Under the pieces are notes generated by a model that searched no databases, had not been told where the DNA came from, and saw nothing but the letters and a program-made list of their open reading frames with translations. Below are positions 53,001-64,000 of a DNA stretch of 64,000 nucleotides, in pieces. The stretch is from Nemertoderma westbladi (lineage: Eukaryota > Animalia > Xenacoelomorpha). The stretch is from positions 1 through 64,000 of the forward strand of contig JAUCBJ010008529.1 of NCBI GenBank assembly GCA_032718475.1, written 5' to 3'. Position 1 is the stretch's first letter; each line of letters starts with the position of its first letter. Both the position numbers and the translations under genes were made by a program.

Positions 53001-56000
53001 TTATATCGCTATGTACAGCTGTATCTATTTATATCGATATGTACAGCTGTATCTATTTATATCTCGATGTACAACTGTATCTATTTATATCGCGATGTAC
53101 AGCTGTATCTATTTATATCGCTATGTACAGCTGTATCTATTTATATCTCGATGTACAGCTGTATCTATTTATATCGCGATGTACAGCTGTATCTATTTAT
53201 ATCGCGATGTACAACTGTATCTATTTATATCGCTATGTACAGCTGTATCTATTTATATCGATATGTACAGCTGTATCTATTTATATCTCGATGTACAACT
53301 GTATCTATTTATATCGCGATGTACAGCTGTATCTATTTATATCGCTATGTACAGCTGTATCTATTTATATCGCTATGTACAGCTGTATCTATTTATATCG
53401 CTATGTACAGCTGTATCTATTTATATCTCGATGTACAACTGTATCTATTTATATCGCGATGTACAGCTGTATCTATTTATATCGCTATGTACAGCTGTAT
53501 CTATTTATATCGCTATGTACAGCTGTATCTATTTATATCGCTATGTACAGCTGTATCTATTTATATCGCGATGTACAGCTGTATCTATTTATATCGCAAT
53601 GTACAGCTGTATCTATTTATATCGCGATGTACAGCTGTATTTATTTATATCGCGATGTACAGCTGTATCTATTTATATCGCGATGTACAGCTGTATCTAT
53701 TTATATCGCGATGTACAGCTGTATCTATTTATATCGCGATGTACAGCTGTATCTATTTATATCGCGATGTACAGCTGTATCTATTTATATCGATATGTAC
53801 AGCTGTATCTATTTATATCGATATGTACAGCTGTATCTATTTATATCGCTATGTACAGCTGTATCTATTTATATCGCTATGTACAGCTGTATCTATTTAT
53901 ATCGAGATATACAGCTGTATCTATTTATATCTCGATGTACAGCTGTATCTATCTATATCGCGATGTACAGTTGTATCTATTTATATCGCTATGTACAGCT
54001 GTATCTATCTATATCGCGATGTACAGCTGTATCTATTTATATCGATATGTACAGCTGTATCTATTTATATCGCTATGTACAGCTGTATCTATTTATATCG
54101 CTATGTACAGCTGTATCTATTTATATCGATATGTACAGCTGTATCTATTTATATCGATATGTACAGCTGTATCTATTTATATCGCGATGTACAGCTGTAT
54201 CTATTTATTTCGATATGTACAGCTGTATCTATTTATATCGCTATGTACAGCTGTATCTATTTATATCGCGATGTACAGCTGTATCTATTTATATCGATAT
54301 GTACAGCTGTATCTATTTATATCGCGATATACAGCTGTATCTATTTATATTGATATGTACAGCTGTATCTATTTATATCTCGATGTACAGCTGTATCTAT
54401 TTATATCGCGATGTACAGCTGTATCTATTTATATCTCGATGTACAGCTGTATCTATTTATATCGCGATGTACAGCTGTATCTATTTATATCGCTATGTAC
54501 AGCTGTATCTATTTATATCGATATGTACAGCTGTATCTATTTATATCGATATGTACAGCTGTATCTATTTATATCGCGATATACAGCTGTATCTCTTTAT
54601 ATCGCGATGTACAGCTGTATCTATTTATATCGCGATGTACAGCTGTATCTATTTATATCGCGATGTACAGCTGTATCTATTTATATCGCGATTTACATCT
54701 GTATCTATTTATATCTCGATGTACAGCTGTATCTATTTATATCGCGATGTACAGCTGTATCTATTTATATCGCGATGTACAGCTGTATCTATTTATATCG
54801 CGATGTAGAGCTGTATCTATTTATATCGCTATGTACAGCTGTATCTATTTATATCGCGATGTACAGCTGTATCTATTTATATCGCTATGTACAGCTGTAT
54901 CTATTTATATCGCGATGTACAGCTGTATCTATTTATATCGCGATGTACAGCTGTATCTATTTATATCGCTATGTACAGCTGTATCTATTTATATCGCGAT
55001 GTACAGCTGTATCTATTTATATCGCGATGTACAGCTGTATCTATTTATATCGCGATGTACAGCTGTATCTATTTATATCGCGATGTACAGCTGTATCTAT
55101 TTATATCGCGATGTACAGCTGTATCTATTTATATCGCTATGTACAGCTGTATCTATTTATATCGCGATGTACAGCTGTATCTATTTATATCGCTATGTAC
55201 AGCTGTATCTATTTATATCGCGATGTACAGCTGTATCTATTTATATCGCGATGTACAGCTGTATCTATTTATAACGCGATTTACATCTGTATCTATTTAT
55301 ATCTCGATGTACAGCTGTATCTATTTATATCGCGATGTACAGCTGTATCTATTTATATCGCGATGTACAGCTGTATCTATTTATATCGCGATGTACAGCT
55401 GTATCTATCTATATCGCGATGTACAGCTGTATCTATTTATATCGCGATGTACAGCTGTATCTATTTATATCGCTATGTACAGCTGTATCTATCTATATCG
55501 CGATGTACAGCTGTATCTATTTATATCGCGATGTACAGCTGTATCTATTTATATCGCGATGTACAGCTGTATCTATTTATATCGCGATGTACAGCTGTAT
55601 CTATTTATATCGCGATGTACAGCTGTATCTATTTATATCGCGATGTACAGCTGTATCTATTTATATCGCGATGTACAGCTGTATCTATTTATATCGCTAT
55701 GTACAGCTGTATCTATTTATATCGCTATGTACAGCTGTATCTATCTATATCGCGATGTACAGCTGTATCTATTTATATCGCGATTTACATCTGTATCTAT
55801 TTATATCGCTATGTACAGCTGTATCTATTTATATCTCGATGTACAGCTGTATCTATTTATATCTCGATGTACAGCTGTATCTATTTATATCGCTATGTAT
55901 AGCTGTATCTATTTATATCGCTATGTACAGCTGTATCTACTGTATTTATATCTCGATGTACAGCTGTATCTATTTATATCGCTATGTACAGCTGTATCTA

Positions 56001-59000
56001 TTTATATCGCTATGTACAGCTGTATCTATTTATATCTCGATGTACAGCTGTATCTATTTATATCGCTATGTACAGCTGTATCTATTTATATCGCGATATA
56101 CAGCTGTATCTATTTATATCTCGATGTACAGCTGTATCTATTTATATCGCTATGTACAGCTGTATCTATTTATATCTCGATGTACAGCTGTATCTATTTA
56201 TATCGCGATGTACAGCTGTATCTATTTATATCGCGATGTACAGCTGTATCTATTTATATCGCGATGTACAGCTGTATCTATTTATATCGCTATGTACAGC
56301 TGTATCTATTTATATCGCGATGTACAGCTGTAACTATTTATATCGCTATGTACAGCTGTATCTATCTATATCGCGATGTACAGCTGTATCTATTTATATC
56401 GCTATGTACAGCTGTATCTATTTATATCTCGATGTACAGCTGTATCTATTTATATCTCGATGTACAGCTGTATCTATTTATATCGCGATGTACAGCTGTA
56501 TCTATTTATATCGCTATGTACAGCTGTATCTATTTATATCTCGATGTACAGCTGTATCTATTTATATCGCGATGTACAGCTGTATCTATTTATATCGCTA
56601 TGTACAGCTGTATCTATTTATATCGCGATGTACAGCTGTAACTATTTATATCGATATGTACAGCTGTATCTATTTATATCGATATGTACAGCTGTATCTA
56701 TTTATATCGCGATGTACAGCTGTATCTATTTATATCGCTATGTACAGCTGTATCTATTTATATCGCGATGTACAGCTGTATCTATTTATATCGCTATGTA
56801 CAGCTGTATCTATTTATATCGCGATGTACAGCTGTATCTATTTATATCGCGATGTACAGCTGTATCTATTTATATCGCGATGTACAGCTGTATCTATTTA
56901 TATCGCTATGTACAGCTGTATCTATTTATATCGCTATGTACAGCTGTATCTATTTATATCGATATGTACAGCTGTATCTATTTATATCGCGATATACAGC
57001 TGTATCTATTTATATTGATATGTACAGCTGTATCTATTTATATCTCGATGTACAGCTGTATCTATTTATATCGCGATGTACAGCTGTATCTATTTATATC
57101 TCGATGTACAGCTGTATCTATTTATATCGCGATGTACAGCTGTATCTATTTATATCGCTATGTACAGCTGTATCTATTTATATCGATATGTACAGCTGTA
57201 TCTATTTATATCAATATGTACAGCTGTATCTATTTATATCGCGATATACAGCTGTATCTCTTTATATCGCGATGTACAGCTGTATCTATTTATATCGCTA
57301 TGTACAGCTGTATCTATTTATATCGATATGTACAGCTGTATCTATTTATATCGCGATGTACAGCTGTATCTATTTATATCGCTATGTACAGCTGTATCTA
57401 TTTATATCGCGATGTACAGCTGTATCTATTTATATCGCGATGTACAGCTGTATCTATTTATATCGCGATGTACAGCTGTATCTATTTATATCGCTATGTA
57501 CAGCTGTATCTATTTATATCGCGATGTACAGCTGTATCTATTTATATCGCGATGTACAGCTGTATCTATTTATATCGCGATGTACAGCTGTATCTATTTA
57601 TATCTCGATGTACAGCTGTATCTATTTATATCGCGATGTACAGCTGTATCTATTTATATCGCGATGTACAGCTGTATCTATTTATATCGCGATGTACAGC
57701 TGTATCTATTTATATCGCGATGTACAGCTGTATCTATTTATATCGCGATGTACAGATGTATCTATTTATATTGCGATGTACAGATGTATCTATTTATATC
57801 GCGATGTACAAATGTATCTATTTATATCGCGATGTACAGCTGTATCTATTTATATCGCGATTTACATCTGTATCTATTTATATCGCGATGTACAGCTGTA
57901 TCTATTTATATCGCTATGTACAGCTGTATCTATTTATATCGCGATGTACAGCTGTATCTATTTATATCGCGATATACAGCTGTATCTATTTATATCTCGA
58001 TGTACAGCTGTATCTATCTATATCGCGATGTACAGCTGTATCTATTTATATCGCTATGTACAGCTGTATCTATTTATATCTCGATGTACAGCTGTATCTA
58101 TTTATATCTCGATGTACAGCTGTATCTATTTATATCGCGATGTACAGCTGTATCTATTTATATCGCTATGTACAGCTGTATCTATTTATATCGCGATGTA
58201 CAGCTGTATCTATTTATATCGCTATGTACAGCTGTATCTATTTATATCGCGATGTACAGCTGTAACTATTTATATCGCTATGTACAGCTGTATCTATCTA
58301 TATCGCGATGTACAGCTGTATCTATTTATATCGCGATGTACAGCTGTATCTATTTATATCGATATGTACAGCTGTATCAATTTATATCGCTATGTACAGC
58401 TGTATCTATTTATATCGCGATGTACAGCTGTATCTATTTATATCGCGATGTACAGCTGTATCTATTTATATCGCGATGTACAGCTGTATCTATTTATATC
58501 GCGATGTACAGCTGTATCTATTTATATCGCGATGTACAGCTGTATCTATCTATATCGCGATGTACAGCTGTATCTATTTATATCGATATGTACAGCTGTA
58601 TCTATTTATATCGCTATGTACAGCTGTATCTATTTATATCGCTATGTACAGCTGTATCTATCTATATCGCGATGTACAGCTGTATCTATTTATATCGATA
58701 TGTACAGCTGTATCTATTTATATCGATATGTACAGCTGTATCTATTTATATCGCGATGTACAGCTGTATCTATTTATATCGATATGTACAGCTGTATCTA
58801 TTTATATCGCTATGTACAGCTGTATCTATCTATATCGCGATGTACAGCTGTATCTATTTATATCGATATGTACAGCTGTATCTATTTATATCGCTATGTA
58901 CAGCTGTATCTATTTATATCGCTATGTACAGCTGTATCTATTTATATCGCTATGTACAGCTGTATCTATCTATATCGCGATGTACAGCTGTATCTATTTA

Positions 59001-62000
59001 TATCGATATGTACAGCTGTATCTATTTATATCGATATGTACAGCTGTATCTATTTATATCGCTATGTACAGCTGTATCTATTTATATCGCGATGTACAGC
59101 TGTATCTATTTATATCGCGATGTACAGCTGTATCTATTTATATCGCTATGTACAGCTGTATCTATTTATATCGCTATGTACAGCTGTATCTATTTATATC
59201 TCGATGTACAGCTGTATCTATTTATATCTCGATGTACAGCTGTATCTATTTATATCTCGATGTACAGCTGTATCTATTTATATCTCGATATACAGCTGTA
59301 TCTATTTATATCGATATGTACAGCTGTATCTATTTATATCGCTATGTACAGCTGTATCTATTTATATCGCGATGTACAGCTGTATCTATTTATATCGAGA
59401 TATACAGCTGTATCTATTTATATCGCTATGTACAGCTGTATCTATTTATATCTCGATGTACAGCTGTATCTATTTATATCGATATGTACAGCTGTATCTA
59501 TTTATATCGCTATGTACAGCTGTATCTATTTATATCGCGATGTACAGCTGTATCTATTTATATCGAGATATACAGCTGTATCTATTTATATCGCTATGTA
59601 CAGCTGTATCTATTTATATCTCGATGTACAGCTGTATCTATTTATATCGATATGTACAGCTGTATCTATTTATATCGCGATGTACAGCTGTATCTATTTA
59701 TATCGCTATGTACAGCTGTATCTATTTATATCGCTATGTACAGCTGTATCTATTTATATCTCGATGTACAGCTGTATCTATTTATATCTCGATGTACAGC
59801 TGTATCTATTTATATCTCGATGTACAGCTGTATCTATTTATATCTCGATATACAGCTGTATCTATTTATATCGATATGTACAGCTGTATCTATTTATATC
59901 GCTATGTACAGCTGTATCTATTTATATCGCGATGTACAGCTGTATCTATTTATATCGAGATATACAGCTGTATCTATTTATATCGCTATGTACAGCTGTA
60001 TCTATTTATATCGCGATGTACAGCTGTATCTATTTATATCGCGATGTACAGCTGTATCTATTTATATCTCGATATACAGCTGTATCTATTTATATCGATA
60101 TGTACAGCTGTATCTATTTATATCGCTATGTACAGCTGTATCTATTTATATCGCGATGTACAGCTGTATCTATTTATATCGAGATATACAGCTGTATCTA
60201 TTTATATCGCTATGTACAGCTGTATCTATTTATATCGCTATGTACAGCTGTATCTATTTATATCTCGATGTACAGCTGTATCTATTTATATCGCGATATA
60301 CAGCTGTATCTCTTTATATCGCGATGTACAGCTGTATCTATTTATATCGCTATGTACAGCTGTATCTATTTATATCGATATGTACAGCTGTATCTATTTA
60401 TATCGCGATGTACAGCTGTATCTATTTATATCGCTATGTACAGCTGTATCTATTTATATCGCGATGTACAGCTGTATCTATTTATATCGCGATGTACAGC
60501 TGTATCTATTTATATCGCGATGTACAGCTGTATCTATTTATATCGAGATATACAGCTGTATCTATTTATATCTCGATGTACAGCTGTATCTATTTATATC
60601 GCGATGTACAGCTGTATCTATTTATATCTCGATGTACAGCTGTATCTATTTATATCTCGATGTACAGCTGTATCTATTTATATCGCGATGTACAGCTGTA
60701 TCTATTTATATCGCGATGTACAGCTGTATCTATTTATATCGCGATGTACAGCTGTATCTATTTATATCGAGATATACAGCTGTATCTATTTATATCTCGA
60801 TGTACAGCTGTATCTATTTATATCGCTATGTACAGCTGTATCTATTTATATCGCTATGTCAAGCTGTATCTATTTATATCTCGATGTACAGCTGTATCTA
60901 TTTATATCTCGATGTACAGCTGTATCTATTTATATCTCGATGTACAGCTGTATCTATTTATATCGCGATGTACAGCTGTATCTATTTATATCGAGATATA
61001 CAGCTGTATCTATTTATATCTCGATGTACAGCTGTATCTATTTATATCTCGATGTACAGCTGTATCTATTTATATCGCTATGTACAGCTGTATCTATTTA
61101 TATCTCGATGTACAGCTGTATCTATTTATATCTCGATGTACAGCTGTATCTATTTATATCGCTATGTACAGCTGTATCTATTTATATCGCGATGTACAGC
61201 TGTAACTATTTATATCTCGATGTACAGCTGTATCTATTTATATCGAGATATACAGCTGTATCTATTTATATCGCGATGTACAGCTGTATCTATTTATATC
61301 GATATGTACAGCTGTATCTATTTATATCGCTATGTACAGCTGTATCTATTTATATCTCGATGTACAGCTGTATCTATTTATATCGCTATGTACAGCTGTA
61401 TCTATTTATATCGCGATGTACAGCTGTATCTATTTATATCGCGATGTACAGCTGTATCTATTTATATCGCGATGTACAGATGTATCTATTTATATTGCGA
61501 TGTACAGATGTATCTATTTATATCGCGATGTACAAATGTATCTATTTATATCGCGATGTACAGCTGTATCTATTTATATCGCGATTTACATCTGTATCTA
61601 TTTATATCGCGATGTACAGCTGTATCTATTTATATCGCTATGTACAGCTGTATCTATTTATATCGCGATGTACAGCTGTATCTATTTATATCGCGATATA
61701 CAGCTGTATCTATTTATATCTCGATGTACAGCTGTATCTATCTATATCGCGATGTACAGCTGTATCTATTTATATCGCTATGTACAGCTGTATCTATTTA
61801 TATCTCGATGTACAGCTGTATCTATTTATATCTCGATGTACAGCTGTATCTATTTATATCGCGATGTACAGCTGTATCTATTTATATCGCTATGTACAGC
61901 TGTATCTATTTATATCGCGATGTACAGCTGTATCTATTTATATCGCTATGTACAGCTGTATCTATTTATATCGCGATGTACAGCTGTAACTATTTATATC

Positions 62001-64000
62001 GCTATGTACAGCTGTATCTATCTATATCGCGATGTACAGCTGTATCTATTTATATCGCGATGTACAGCTGTATCTATTTATATCGATATGTACAGCTGTA
62101 TCAATTTATATCGCTATGTACAGCTGTATCTATTTATATCGCGATGTACAGCTGTATCTATTTATATCGCGATGTACAGCTGTATCTATTTATATCGCGA
62201 TGTACAGCTGTATCTATTTATATCGCGATGTACAGCTGTATCTATTTATATCGCGATGTACAGCTGTATCTATCTATATCGCGATGTACAGCTGTATCTA
62301 TTTATATCGATATGTACAGCTGTATCTATTTATATCGCTATGTACAGCTGTATCTATTTATATCGCTATGTACAGCTGTATCTATCTATATCGCGATGTA
62401 CAGCTGTATCTATTTATATCGATATGTACAGCTGTATCTATTTATATCGATATGTACAGCTGTATCTATTTATATCGCGATGTACAGCTGTATCTATTTA
62501 TATCGATATGTACAGCTGTATCTATTTATATCGCTATGTACAGCTGTATCTATCTATATCGCGATGTACAGCTGTATCTATTTATATCGATATGTACAGC
62601 TGTATCTATTTATATCGCTATGTACAGCTGTATCTATTTATATCGCTATGTACAGCTGTATCTATTTATATCGCTATGTACAGCTGTATCTATCTATATC
62701 GCGATGTACAGCTGTATCTATTTATATCGATATGTACAGCTGTATCTATTTATATCGATATGTACAGCTGTATCTATTTATATCGCTATGTACAGCTGTA
62801 TCTATTTATATCGCGATGTACAGCTGTATCTATTTATATCGCGATGTACAGCTGTATCTATTTATATCGCTATGTACAGCTGTATCTATTTATATCGCTA
62901 TGTACAGCTGTATCTATTTATATCTCGATGTACAGCTGTATCTATTTATATCTCGATGTACAGCTGTATCTATTTATATCTCGATGTACAGCTGTATCTA
63001 TTTATATCTCGATATACAGCTGTATCTATTTATATCGATATGTACAGCTGTATCTATTTATATCGCTATGTACAGCTGTATCTATTTATATCGCGATGTA
63101 CAGCTGTATCTATTTATATCGAGATATACAGCTGTATCTATTTATATCGCTATGTACAGCTGTATCTATTTATATCTCGATGTACAGCTGTATCTATTTA
63201 TATCGATATGTACAGCTGTATCTATTTATATCGCTATGTACAGCTGTATCTATTTATATCGCGATGTACAGCTGTATCTATTTATATCGAGATATACAGC
63301 TGTATCTATTTATATCGCTATGTACAGCTGTATCTATTTATATCTCGATGTACAGCTGTATCTATTTATATCGATATGTACAGCTGTATCTATTTATATC
63401 GCGATGTACAGCTGTATCTATTTATATCGCTATGTACAGCTGTATCTATTTATATCGCTATGTACAGCTGTATCTATTTATATCTCGATGTACAGCTGTA
63501 TCTATTTATATCTCGATGTACAGCTGTATCTATTTATATCTCGATGTACAGCTGTATCTATTTATATCTCGATATACAGCTGTATCTATTTATATCGATA
63601 TGTACAGCTGTATCTATTTATATCGCTATGTACAGCTGTATCTATTTATATCGCGATGTACAGCTGTATCTATTTATATCGAGATATACAGCTGTATCTA
63701 TTTATATCGCTATGTACAGCTGTATCTATTTATATCGCGATGTACAGCTGTATCTATTTATATCGCGATGTACAGCTGTATCTATTTATATCTCGATATA
63801 CAGCTGTATCTATTTATATCGATATGTACAGCTGTATCTATTTATATCGCTATGTACAGCTGTATCTATTTATATCGCGATGTACAGCTGTATCTATTTA
63901 TATCGAGATATACAGCTGTATCTATTTATATCGCTATGTACAGCTGTATCTATTTATATCGCTATGTACAGCTGTATCTATTTATATCTCGATGTACAGC
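50081..64000. repeat. 28 bp palindrome-rich satellite, at least ~495 copies, running off the window end
   Basis: Unit GTATCTATTTATATC(GCG/GCT/GAT/TCG/GAG)ATGTACAGCT. Confidence 0.98.

Noticed and set aside
50099-61989. Very long ORFs (up to 1637 aa) of MYSCIYLYRDVQLYLFISRCTAVSIYIA repeats
   Set aside because: The 28 bp unit simply lacks stop triplets on the plus strand, so all three frames give the same peptide. There is no coding signal.

Overview
AT-rich eukaryotic DNA, probably from an invertebrate animal; nothing here looks prokaryotic. The backbone is a plus-strand spliced gene whose seven visible exons (15270-48185) join in frame with GT-AG introns. Their protein resembles CFAP92/KIAA1257, recognised from memory of family motifs rather than by search. 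Its 5' and 3' exons lie outside the window. Positions 1-15240 hold transposons: an internally deleted BEL/Pao Gag-protease element, and a three-level nest of an RTE-like LINE, a CR1/L2-like LINE inside it, and a TTAA-flanked Kolobok-like element inside that. About 45 kb of the window is intronic tandem repeat, with a different family in each large intron (20, 34, ~41, 27-29 and 28 bp units). Several arrays start at, or are built from, the gene's own splice junctions. The 21 kb array copies the exon end plus donor site, and its two dominant variants each break the donor consensus. The long ORFs predicted inside satellites are artefacts.
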